NCBI GenBank assembly: GCA_020353515.1
Contig: CP070695.1
Location: 4,394,823-4,458,822 of the forward strand
DNA length: 64,000 nucleotides
Origin: Candidatus Heimdallarchaeota archaeon
GTDB lineage: Archaea; Asgardarchaeota; Heimdallarchaeia; Hodarchaeales; Hodarchaeaceae
Direction of reading: 5' to 3'
Shown here: positions 18,082-27,209 of the stretch, piece after piece
Numbering within the stretch: the stretch's first letter is position 1
Layout: every line of letters begins with the position of its first letter
Notes under the pieces: model-generated
The model's input: the letters and a program-made list of their open reading frames with translations, nothing else
Databases searched by the model: none
Told to the model about the DNA's origin: nothing
Position numbers and translations under genes: made by a program

Positions 18082-18489
18082 GTGTGTACAATGTTTGGCA
18101 AAAACCTTGACGTCACTCCCATGGAATCGTTATTCCTACTTGTTCTCTATAATCACACAAGTCTGTCTGGGTCTGAAATTGTTAAGTATGTTAAGGAAGA
18201 TCTTGGGGAAGAGTGGTCCCCAACACCAGGTGCAACATACAAAATTATTCACAATTTAATTCAAAAAGGCTATCTTCACGAAACAACAAAAAAAGAAAAG
18301 ATAGACCGAGACAAACGGATTCGCACCTATACTTTGACCTCAGAAGGGACTAAGATGGTTATTATGGTCATTTCTCGTATGAGAAAAATGATTGGTTTTA
18401 TGGAATCTTGTTGTCCTAACGGTGAGGGTGTTATTATTGTGAAAAAAGCTGAACTAGATGACAGTACATCATCTGAGAAGGAAAAATAA
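18082..18489 (+). CDS. PadR-family transcriptional regulator with C-terminal Cys-Cys
   Basis: SGSEI......W.PTPGATY.II..L...GYL.......R..Y.LT.EG; SCCP near the C-terminus. Confidence 0.85.
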   Translation: MCTMFGKNLDVTPMESLFLLVLYNHTSLSGSEIVKYVKEDLGEEWSPTPGATYKIIHNLIQKGYLHETTKKEKIDRDKRIRTYTLTSEGTKMVIMVISRMRKMIGFMESCCPNGEGVIIVKKAELDDSTSSEKEK

Positions 18490-18508
18490 ACTCATAATTT
18501 AAAATTGC

Positions 18509-18943
18509 TTGGAGAAACGATTCATTCTTGAAATTGACTTCACACGCAGAACACAAATATTACTGCTAGCTACAGTGCTCCTGATTACCAGCTGGTTTAT
18601 TAACTTCATATTTTATCCAGAGGGGATTGGAATCATCTTTACGTTACTAATTATTCCATTCTCTACTTTTGCGACGTACGCAGCCGCTACAGATATGGAT
18701 TGGTCATTATTCGATCGATGGGGCAGTACGACTGTGACTGTGAGGACAAGATCCATTGGGAAAACATCAGCAGTATCTGTCTGGAGTTTGGTCGCAGTGG
18801 GGTTTGTTGGCTTGGAAATTTTCGCGTGGTTTCTTATAGGAACCGTAGAAAATCTGTGGGATTTTATCGCGATTTCCTTGTGCATCCTTGGAGGAATTGT
18901 TATAATTGGAGGGTATATTGCTCATAAAGAATGGGAGATATGA
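18509..18943 (+). CDS. Hypothetical 4-TM membrane protein
   Basis: Four hydrophobic segments. Confidence 0.6.
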   Translation: MEKRFILEIDFTRRTQILLLATVLLITSWFINFIFYPEGIGIIFTLLIIPFSTFATYAAATDMDWSLFDRWGSTTVTVRTRSIGKTSAVSVWSLVAVGFVGLEIFAWFLIGTVENLWDFIAISLCILGGIVIIGGYIAHKEWEI

Positions 18944-19234
18944 ATCAAATTATTTTGATTCTGTTTTACTAATTTATAATCCGTAGAAATTCTTTAACAC
19001 TAAATTCAACCATCTTCCGAAATTTTTTTGACAATATAACCAGTAAGCTTTTAAACGTCAGAAAAAATCGTCCTATAGAGCTTAAATCAGAATTTTAAAA
19101 AGTGAAACAAAGACGAATGGAACAATTTAAAGTCTCTTTAAAATCAAAGGACTGAAAATTAGTAGCCAAGGTAATTATTTTTACTTTTTTAATAGGATTT
19201 AGTTCTATTCGTAATAGATTTGATGTGTAATAAA

Positions 19235-19750
19235 ATGTCATATAATTTTGAATCTAATGAAACCCATGACGTCAAGATTGAAGACGTCAAACCTCTCGAA
19301 AAACATCTTAATGTTGTTTTCAAGGTCGTAGATAGAGAGGCCGAACGTGAAATAAATAAACGAGCAACTGGTGAAACGCATCGAGTATGTGATTTAACCG
19401 TAGCAGATGAAACAGGGTCAATTGTTCTAACTTTATGGAACGAAGATATTGATAATGTCGAAGATGATAAAGTCTACAAGTTATCTAATGGTTTTGCGAA
19501 TATCTTTCGTAATTCTATTCGTCTTTCTAAAGGGAAATTCGGATCTGTAGCTGAAGATCAGACTGTTTTTGCAGAACTTAATCAGGAGAACAATCGTTCT
19601 TCTGAACACATTGAAGATCCTCGTCGAAGATCTTTCGAAGATCGACGATCCTCCTATGGAGGAAGCAATAGAAGTTATGGTGATAATCGATCTTCTGGTG
19701 GGTATGGCAGCAGAAGGCGTGATGATCGCTCTTCACGAAGGCGCTGGTAG
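19235..19750 (+). CDS. ssb: Single-OB-fold single-stranded nucleic-acid-binding protein (crenarchaeal SSB/hSSB-like) with R/G/S-rich tail
   Basis: KIEDVKP....NVVFKV, VADETGSIVLTLW, NGFANIFR..L..GKFG; tail SYGGSNRSYG...RRRW. Confidence 0.85.
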   Translation: MSYNFESNETHDVKIEDVKPLEKHLNVVFKVVDREAEREINKRATGETHRVCDLTVADETGSIVLTLWNEDIDNVEDDKVYKLSNGFANIFRNSIRLSKGKFGSVAEDQTVFAELNQENNRSSEHIEDPRRRSFEDRRSSYGGSNRSYGDNRSSGGYGSRRRDDRSSRRRW

Positions 19751-19806
19751 TTTTCATACTTAGCTTAGCTATCGTATTTTGATTGAAATATTTCAATCAA
19801 ACATTA

Positions 19807-19821
19807 TTTTTTTTTTTTTTT
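19807..19821 (+). terminator. T15 tract, putative archaeal oligo-T terminator after ssb
   Basis: 15 consecutive T about 55 nt after the ssb stop. Confidence 0.4.
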
Positions 19822-19833
19822 AGAGATGATAAA

Positions 19834-20268
19834 ATGAGCATTAAAAAAGGAGATAAAATAACAATTGAATATATTGGTACGCTGGACGATGGAACAATTT
19901 TCGATCAGTCTGAGAACCACGATGAACTATTAACCTTTGAAGTGGGAATGAATCAGGTTATTGAAGGATTTGACAACGCTGTTATAGGAATGAATCTCGA
20001 GGAAGAAAAAAAGTTTCGAATTGAGCCACCAGAAGCATATGGGGAGTATAATAAAAATTTGGTTAAACAAATTTCCCGTTCACAATTGCCTAAAGAGGAA
20101 GATCCTAAGGTGGGTATGGTAGTAGTTTTAGTTTCGAAAGACGGCCAGAAATCTCATGCACCAATTACAGAAGTTACAGAGGAGAATATCTTGATAGATT
20201 TGAATCATCCTCTTGCAGGAGAAGCTTTAAACTTCTCTATCAAAATAAAGGAGATAATTTCTGATTGA
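19834..20268 (+). CDS. slyD: FKBP-type peptidyl-prolyl isomerase (SlyD-like)
   Basis: GDKITIEYIG.L.DG..FD, VI.GF..AV.GM, PPEAYG, DLNHPLAG..LNF; start at MSIKK. Confidence 0.9.
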   Translation: MSIKKGDKITIEYIGTLDDGTIFDQSENHDELLTFEVGMNQVIEGFDNAVIGMNLEEEKKFRIEPPEAYGEYNKNLVKQISRSQLPKEEDPKVGMVVVLVSKDGQKSHAPITEVTEENILIDLNHPLAGEALNFSIKIKEIISD

Positions 20269-20343
20269 GTTATTTCTCTCACGATCCAAAATCATTCAAT
20301 AAAACACTCTATATTATAACAACTAATTTTAAGTGGAATACTT

Positions 20344-21573
20344 ATGACAACAACTACATTTAAGCATCTAGGAATCAGTGACTCAATTCTTCAGGTTTGT
20401 AAAGAAGAAAAATTCATTCATCCAACTGAAATACAAGAGAAATCAATTCCTTATGTAATAAAAGGCAAAGACGTTATTGCTCAGGCAGCAACAGGAAGTG
20501 GTAAAACCCTTGCTTTTGCGTCTGGTATAATACAGAAAACAGTAAGAGGTAAAGGAATTCAAGCATTAGTGGTAACTCCAACTCGTGAACTTGCTCATCA
20601 AGTAGCAGATATGATAACTAGTTTATCAAAGTACAAACCTCTTCGAATCTCATCTATATACGGGGGAGTTTCAATCAATCCTCAGTTTCGTGAGTTATCA
20701 AAAGCTGATATTGTTATTGGAACACCTGGACGGTTAATTGATCATATTGAAAGAGGCACAATAAACCTTAGACATATCAAGATCTTAGTCCTTGATGAAT
20801 GTGACCGCCTCCTTGATATGGGATTTTTACCAGATGTGGAGAAAATTATCTCTCATCTTCCAAAAAATCGTCAAACACTCTTATATTCCGCAACCATTTC
20901 ATACGATGTAAGTCAGATTGCTCAAAAATATATGACTAACCCAATTGAAGTAGGAGCGAAATCTTTCGTTGATCCAAGGAAATTACACCAGTATTATTAT
21001 GGTCCTGTGAGTAACTCATTGAAATTTTCGTTACTAGTTCATCTATTAAACCAGCATAACGGAAATGGGATGTCAATGATCTTCTGTAATACCAGAAGGA
21101 ATGCAGATTCTGTTGGAAAAAATCTACATCTGTCTGGAATTAAAGCAACAGTCCTTCATGGGGGGTATAGCCAACAAGAACGGTCGAAAAGGTTAAACGG
21201 TTTCCATTCACGCAGAGTGAAGATTTTAGTAGCCACTGATGTTGCTGCAAGAGGACTGGACATCCAAGGGGTTTCATATATTTATAATTATGATCTTCCT
21301 AACAATTTTAAACAATATATCCATAGAATCGGTAGGACAGCACGAGCCGGGAAATCAGGAAAAGCCATCACACTCGTGGCACAAAGAGATGGTGAAAATT
21401 TCTTTCATCTTTTCCGAGATAATCGAACGAACATCCGAAAGGCAGCAATTCCTTACATCAAAAAAATACCATTCAAAAATAGTGAGAGATCAGGATCTAG
21501 AGTTCGAAAGAGAGAATTCCAAAACAGAAAGAAAGATTACTCAAAGCCCAAATTTTCTCGATATTCTATATAA
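20344..21573 (+). CDS. DEAD-box RNA helicase (motif II = DECD)
   Basis: Q motif, ATGSGKT, PTRELA, TPGR, DECD, SAT, ARGLD, HRIGRTAR. Confidence 0.93.
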   Translation: MTTTTFKHLGISDSILQVCKEEKFIHPTEIQEKSIPYVIKGKDVIAQAATGSGKTLAFASGIIQKTVRGKGIQALVVTPTRELAHQVADMITSLSKYKPLRISSIYGGVSINPQFRELSKADIVIGTPGRLIDHIERGTINLRHIKILVLDECDRLLDMGFLPDVEKIISHLPKNRQTLLYSATISYDVSQIAQKYMTNPIEVGAKSFVDPRKLHQYYYGPVSNSLKFSLLVHLLNQHNGNGMSMIFCNTRRNADSVGKNLHLSGIKATVLHGGYSQQERSKRLNGFHSRRVKILVATDVAARGLDIQGVSYIYNYDLPNNFKQYIHRIGRTARAGKSGKAITLVAQRDGENFFHLFRDNRTNIRKAAIPYIKKIPFKNSERSGSRVRKREFQNRKKDYSKPKFSRYSI

Positions 21574-21654
21574 GAATATTTGAGAAATTGTTTTTCTTTT
21601 CTCATGTCGGATTTATCCGATAATGCTTTTAATTAGAAATTATCACGTCAATGT

Positions 21655-22230
21655 GTGATTCACTCTAAGTTTTGGTTCTTATTATTTTTCTCACTCTTAT
21701 CTTTTTCAATGACAATTGCAGATTCCGAACTTGATCTCAGGGAGGCTAATGTTACCGGAGTAACATTTGAGCAAATCGATTCAGTGACTTATCGTTTCAA
21801 TGTTACACTCTTTCATGACGATGATGGTGAAGCAGGATATGCAGATTTTTGGGTTATCGAAACTCTAAATGGAACGGAGTTGGGTAGACGTATTTTAACT
21901 CACCCCCATGGAACTCAGGAATTTTCTCGCTCTGGATTAATCATGATACCAGGTGGAATTGATATTGTAGTGGTACGCGGACACGACCAGATACACGGGT
22001 TTGGAGGACGAGCTATCATAATCAATATAAGAACAGACGAATTTGAAGTGGTAGATCAGGGTAGTGAACTAATGGACTTCAGTGATAAAACAAGGATAAT
22101 TCCTTCCACTTCCACACCTAATGATAAAAGGTCTTCAGGTTTCCAAATTTTCTTTAGTATTCTCGTCTTAAAAGCATTATCTTACAGAAAACGTGAAAAA
22201 ATTGGAGATAGATCTAATAATGGTAGTTAA
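21655..22230 (+). CDS. Secreted, C-terminally anchored hypothetical protein
   Basis: Signal peptide, H.D.G...YAD.W.....G..LG.R.L.HPH...HD..HG.GG, SGF-TM-basic tail. Confidence 0.7.
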   Translation: MIHSKFWFLLFFSLLSFSMTIADSELDLREANVTGVTFEQIDSVTYRFNVTLFHDDDGEAGYADFWVIETLNGTELGRRILTHPHGTQEFSRSGLIMIPGGIDIVVVRGHDQIHGFGGRAIIINIRTDEFEVVDQGSELMDFSDKTRIIPSTSTPNDKRSSGFQIFFSILVLKALSYRKREKIGDRSNNGS

Positions 22231-23071
22231 AACTTTTCTTCATTGTAATCAAGAGATTCTGGAATGGTGTTGGGCTTCTGATCATGAAATGATGCACAGT
22301 CCATATTGGGCATCATGTTATTTGATAGATGGACTGCTTATCGATTCAGGAGCACCAGGAGGAGTGAATGATTTGCGTAATTTCGTGAGATCTTTGGGAA
22401 ATCAGAAGATAGGAGCTTGTGTGTTAACCCATACGCATGAGGATCATGCAGGGGGAGCTTACATGCTGAATTATGAGTTTAGTGTCCCTATTTATGCAAG
22501 TGAAAAAGCAATTCCAATATTAAAAGCAGGCTATACTTATCCTGAATATAGACAAGTCGCATGGGGAAAAGAAGGAGTTCTTCCCGTAGCAGCTGAACTT
22601 CTACCAAATTCGATCTCTTCGATGTCGGGAAGGTACACCTTTCATGTTTTACCGATTCCAGGTCACGCCCCAGACCAAATTGCTTTAATTGAGAAACACC
22701 GAGAATGGGCTTTTGTCTCTGATGGGATTCAAGTAAAATATAAGCGAATTTTTGGAAGCTCTTCAAGTATTCCAGAAGATATATCTTTGATCTACCGATC
22801 TATTCAAGAGATTAGTCGTTTTACTGAAAAAATGACAAATCTCAAAATTTTCATTCCAGGGGGAAAAATATTTGGAAGGGATCTGATAGATCACAAGTTA
22901 CAAGAAATATGGAACCTTCGCTTTGAGGTTCACGAGTTTATTACTCAAGGTTTTTCTGTAGACGAGATTGTCGTAAAAATATTTGGAGAACAAGACATTT
23001 TTGACTCTTTAACAAATGGGAAGTTGTCTAAGAAGAATTTGATTATATCACTAATTGAGTGGATTAAATAA
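22193..23071 (+). CDS. Metallo-beta-lactamase-fold hydrolase
   Basis: IDSG, THTHEDHAGG, PGHAPD, SDG; the true start may be about 9 codons later (MVVKT). Confidence 0.85.
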   Translation: MKKLEIDLIMVVKTFLHCNQEILEWCWASDHEMMHSPYWASCYLIDGLLIDSGAPGGVNDLRNFVRSLGNQKIGACVLTHTHEDHAGGAYMLNYEFSVPIYASEKAIPILKAGYTYPEYRQVAWGKEGVLPVAAELLPNSISSMSGRYTFHVLPIPGHAPDQIALIEKHREWAFVSDGIQVKYKRIFGSSSSIPEDISLIYRSIQEISRFTEKMTNLKIFIPGGKIFGRDLIDHKLQEIWNLRFEVHEFITQGFSVDEIVVKIFGEQDIFDSLTNGKLSKKNLIISLIEWIK

Positions 23072-23241
23072 TCAGAGAGTGCTTTCGTGAAACCTTCTGA
23101 ATTTTTTGTATTTCATTCTTGACTAGATATAAGATTTTTCTTCTATCTTACTACCATTGCCAAGTAGGGGAATTATTTGAATTTCTGAATGACTTCTTAT
23201 AATGACATCCTGGTTAGTCCCAGAAAATTGTTTTGTGAGTA

Positions 23242-23814
23242 ATGAGAAAGATGAAAACTACTGCTACAGCTACAAAATTAGAGGGATTTTTCAACTTAGT
23301 TGAGAAGAGAAGAGCCATCCGTAAATACAAACAGGATAACATTCCAGATGAAGATATAAGGAGAATGCTAAACGCAGCAAGACTTGCACCATCAGCAAAC
23401 AATAGTCAACCATGGACATTCATTGTTGTGAAAGATCAGAAGACCAAAGAACTCCTTTCAAGACCCTCATCCCAATCTTTCATCGTCGACGCTAATGTGA
23501 TAATGGTTGTACTCGGAGATCCTAGTGTTTCGTGTTGTCCAGCTGCAACTTGGACCACACGTGATCCGATAATTGCAACGGATCATTTAGTGTTAGCAGC
23601 GACAGCTTTAGGTTACGGAACATGTTGGATTGCAACCTATGAGTCCCGTCCAAAAGAATGGATAGAAGAGGTCAAAAAAGTATTGAAGATCCCCAAACAC
23701 TTGCATATTATCGTTCTAGTCGCAATAGGAGTCCCAGATGAAAATCCCCCCCCAAGACCAAGGAAAAACCTCCAAGAGATTAGCTTCTCTGAAGAATATG
23801 GGAATTCTATTTAA
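23242..23814 (+). CDS. Nitroreductase family protein
   Basis: RRAIRKY, APSANNSQPW.F, LAATALGYGTCW, RPRK. Confidence 0.9.
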   Translation: MRKMKTTATATKLEGFFNLVEKRRAIRKYKQDNIPDEDIRRMLNAARLAPSANNSQPWTFIVVKDQKTKELLSRPSSQSFIVDANVIMVVLGDPSVSCCPAATWTTRDPIIATDHLVLAATALGYGTCWIATYESRPKEWIEEVKKVLKIPKHLHIIVLVAIGVPDENPPPRPRKNLQEISFSEEYGNSI

Positions 23815-23901
23815 TCCAACTAGATTTACTTATTCTTTTTCACAGGAATTCTCAATACACCTTCCGAAATCTTTTAAAAAAGAATTAATGACAATATTAT
23901 G

Positions 23902-24249
23902 CTATTTAGTACCACAGCACGAGTCAGGGGGATTCACAACTGATTTACGCCATGAAATAATGCTTCTTAGACGTCTGAAGGTCGCATTCCAGATACAACC
24001 ACACCCAGGAAAAGGCTCGAACGAAATAGCATCACCACGACAGTTTAGCACACAAGCACCACATTCTATACATTTCTCTGGTTGTTGAACTATATATTCT
24101 TCATCCTTATGACTAAATACGTTTTGTGGACAAACCTCAATACACAAGCCACATTTAGTACATTTCGATCCATTTAACTCTGGTGCGCGTATTTTTTCGA
24201 TTTTGTTGGTAGCTATTTCCATAGGGAGCTCTTGCGAGTAACTAACCAT
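23902..24249 (-). CDS. HgcB-like 2x[4Fe-4S] ferredoxin
   Basis: CTKCGLCIEVCP and CIECGACVLNC, extra GCGC, C-terminal CC; immediately downstream of the HgcA-like gene. Confidence 0.8.
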   Translation of the reverse strand: MVSYSQELPMEIATNKIEKIRAPELNGSKCTKCGLCIEVCPQNVFSHKDEEYIVQQPEKCIECGACVLNCRGDAISFEPFPGCGCIWNATFRRLRSIISWRKSVVNPPDSCCGTK

Positions 24250-24254
24250 TCTGT

Positions 24255-25898
24255 TTACCCGCCTAGAATCAGTCCTATTACTGTTAACACCAATAGTAGA
24301 ATTAAACTTATACCTAATAAAATTATCATTGTGGGATATTCTTCATCTATTTCTGTTGGTTTACTTATAGGGGTGGCTCCAGAATAATCCATTCCTAAAA
24401 ACATCCCTATAGCAAAACCTATCACCGCCCATTGGGACATTCCAACAAGAGTATATTCCAATACTTTCCCTATTCCGAGGAAAATTATGGTGAGCAGACC
24501 TCCATAATAAATTCCTCTTCTTAAGAAAGATCGTGTCGGGAACAGAGGAAAAATTAGCGCAAAAAAGAGGTATACTAACCAAATCATTGGAAACAATAGA
24601 ATAGCGATACTGAACAGAGTAACTTGGGGTAGTATGTTTATACCAACAATCCCTATGAGGAAAAACCAGAAGAAAAAGAATTTTGAGAGAAAATAAGACT
24701 GTTGTAGTGCCATCTCTAGTCTTTCCCTTGTCTTAAACGAAATTGTTCGCTGTTTCTCCGTTTTTTTACCTGATGCGAGGTAAAGTGAAATATCTTTAGC
24801 ATAAATAGGCCCGAAGCGGCATGACCAACCTGTTGTTGCTTTAACTTCCCGATGATCAATTCCACCAGCCGTAAGCTGCGGAAGGATAAGTTTCCTATGT
24901 TGAACTTGCTCTTCAATCCTTGTTGCCTTAATTACCTCAGCAACTTCTCGCAGACCAAACTTGTCACCTCTTGCTGCACACCAGACATTCTCTCCCATAG
25001 TATCTGCTACCAATAAATAAGCATCTTGATTCTTTAAAACACGCCCAACAATTCTTACTGTTCGTTGATAGTTGGCTGTGACCAATACAGGGGATTTTTC
25101 TGATGGATTTCCGTAAATATAAAGGCCTGGTTCGATAGGGATCAAAGCTGAACCTGCTCGAAGAATACATGAAATATTTCGGGTTTGTCCTCGAATTCCT
25201 CTTAGTTTCTGGTCACTGAGAACAGTTGGAGGTGGTTTAGTTGGCTGTTTTTGTGAGATAATTAATTCGAAAGTATCTCGAACAAATCGTTCTATTTGGA
25301 GCGTTTCAAACCCACTTGCCTTGAGTCTTTGTTGGAAGCGTTTAAGAGCACGACTTGTCTTTTTAGTTTTCCAATAGGTTGCAACAGCGTAAAAAAACCT
25401 TCTAATTGAGTAAATTAATCGTTTAATCCCCCACTTATGGGGTTTGACTTCATCTGCGAATGCAATCTTACCTTCCTTGGTTAAGAGCTCCCAACATTGA
25501 TCAAAGACCAGTTGTTGTTCTAAATGTCGTAGTTCACTCAAAGCTAAGGTGGAGACAATGAGGTCAAACTTTCTTTCAGGCAACAGGGTATCGAGTTGAG
25601 TAATATCTCCTTGAAGAAAGGTAAGATTCTCCAAGACCTCCTCTTGTCGTCCTTTTTCATAAGCAAATGTAATCATTTCTTCAGAAAAATCTATTGCAAC
25701 AACATGTGCACCCTTTTTAGCACAAAGAACCGCTAATGTGCCTGGCCCGCATCCCAAATCGAGAACATGAGATCCTTCATTGACATGTTCAAGGATCTTC
25801 TCATAAACTTCACTTATCTTGCCTGCTGTGAGTTTGATGATTCCTGACTCATACTCATCAGGTGTTTCTTCTAATACTTTCATATAAACATAAGCCAC
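24255..25898 (-). CDS. SAM-methyltransferase fused to HgcA-like (CdhD/AcsD-type) corrinoid domain and multi-TM C-terminus
   Basis: N-term VLDLGCGPG class I MTase; then IEPGLY..GNP...SPVLVTANY..T, DT.GENVWCAARGDKFG, HRKLILPQL, FGPIYAKDI; about 5 TM helices with DYSGATP. Confidence 0.85.
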   Translation of the reverse strand: MAYVYMKVLEETPDEYESGIIKLTAGKISEVYEKILEHVNEGSHVLDLGCGPGTLAVLCAKKGAHVVAIDFSEEMITFAYEKGRQEEVLENLTFLQGDITQLDTLLPERKFDLIVSTLALSELRHLEQQLVFDQCWELLTKEGKIAFADEVKPHKWGIKRLIYSIRRFFYAVATYWKTKKTSRALKRFQQRLKASGFETLQIERFVRDTFELIISQKQPTKPPPTVLSDQKLRGIRGQTRNISCILRAGSALIPIEPGLYIYGNPSEKSPVLVTANYQRTVRIVGRVLKNQDAYLLVADTMGENVWCAARGDKFGLREVAEVIKATRIEEQVQHRKLILPQLTAGGIDHREVKATTGWSCRFGPIYAKDISLYLASGKKTEKQRTISFKTRERLEMALQQSYFLSKFFFFWFFLIGIVGINILPQVTLFSIAILLFPMIWLVYLFFALIFPLFPTRSFLRRGIYYGGLLTIIFLGIGKVLEYTLVGMSQWAVIGFAIGMFLGMDYSGATPISKPTEIDEEYPTMIILLGISLILLLVLTVIGLILGG

Positions 25899-25989
25899 TA
25901 ATGTGTACCTCGGGAGGATCTATTTTCATATTCATTAAAGGTTTTTATTTTATTGGTACTTTATAATTTCAGAACTAATAGGAAAACTA

Positions 25990-26619
25990 TTGGTATCAAA
26001 AATGTCCGTATGGTTTTGGATCAGCATATTAGGGGAGATTGTAATACTACCAGTTTATTTTTGGTCCCTTGAGCACACAAGGCTGCAACAAAAATTTGGC
26101 CTCGAAAAAGGAACAAAAATTGGAGACATACTTGGCCTTATTTCAGGATGGGGGTTTTTCTTATTCTTGTTTGGAATTTGGCTCTCACCTCAACCAAGAT
26201 TCATCCTTCTAATTCTACAGGATGTAGTCTTAGTTGTCCCAATCATGAATTTTACGATCCCTTTGGCTCATTTGATTATTTTTGTCCCTATTATCATTAT
26301 TGTGTTATGGATCTCTTTGAAAGGGGTATCAGAGGTAACTTTAAAGGTAGCCGAAACACATAGAGCAGAAAAAGTAATCACCACAGGGGTTTACTCAATT
26401 GTAAGACATCCTCAATATCTGGGAGCAGTACTAGCACACTTGGGGATTTCTATACTCCTCTCTGCACTGTATTCTCTATTACTAACACCTTTATTGATGA
26501 TATATATTTATCTTATATCATGGAAAGAGGAGAAAGAGCTGGTTAAGGAATTTGGTAAGGATTATGAAGAATATAAAGCACAAGTACCAATGTTTATCCC
26601 AAGAATAAAACTCAGGTGA
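25990..26619 (+). CDS. Isoprenylcysteine carboxyl methyltransferase/PEMT-family membrane methyltransferase
   Basis: TTGVYSIVRHPQYLG, EEKEL...FG..Y..YK..VP.FIP. Confidence 0.85.
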   Translation: MVSKMSVWFWISILGEIVILPVYFWSLEHTRLQQKFGLEKGTKIGDILGLISGWGFFLFLFGIWLSPQPRFILLILQDVVLVVPIMNFTIPLAHLIIFVPIIIIVLWISLKGVSEVTLKVAETHRAEKVITTGVYSIVRHPQYLGAVLAHLGISILLSALYSLLLTPLLMIYIYLISWKEEKELVKEFGKDYEEYKAQVPMFIPRIKLR

Positions 26620-26716
26620 TTGAGTGAGTATAATTTTGTTCTTTTTAATAGAATAATAGAATTACCTTAACAGGCATCTTTAAATTGTTTAAAAGATGCG
26701 AGCTGGATAGAAAAAA

Positions 26717-26989
26717 ATGCCTTCTAAGAAACTATCTCAACCTATTTGTCAAAGTTGTGCGGTGTCTCTTAAAACTCTTGATGATAAAGGCACTGAAGCA
26801 GATGGAACATTATGTGATGATTATTGCAGTGGTTGTTACGAATCTGGTGAATTTATTGAACCTGAGATCACTATGAAAGAGATGATAGAACAGAGCGTAT
26901 CTACCACGGCAAATACTCTAGAAATCACAATAGAAGAAGCACGGACTTACCTTATATCACTATTTCCAACACTTAAAAGATGGCGATGA
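26717..26989 (+). CDS. Putative zinc-ribbon domain protein
   Basis: CQSC...GTEADG....YC..CY..GEF.......P.LKRW. Confidence 0.8.
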   Translation: MPSKKLSQPICQSCAVSLKTLDDKGTEADGTLCDDYCSGCYESGEFIEPEITMKEMIEQSVSTTANTLEITIEEARTYLISLFPTLKRWR

Positions 26990-27209
26990 GATCATAAATC
27001 TTAAGAAGAATAAGGATGTCGTATAAGTGTGGTTGCATATAGTGGGGTTATGAATTACTGTCCAGTTATTGTGATTAACCCTTTCCCTGCAACCATACAT
27101 CAAACAGAAACTAATCTAGAATGTACTCCTCTTAATAATCCCTTTTTGAAATGTCAAACCATTTGGTGATAAGTACTTCGCTCATTTGGTTCCAGTCTGA
27201 ACAAAAAAT

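Noticed and set aside
27045-27081. SECIS or cobalamin riboswitch reading of the hairpin
   Set aside because: The upper helix is too short, with no apical AA; the upstream gene ends at its family-typical LKRW so its TGA is a true stop; no B12-box consensus is recognisable.
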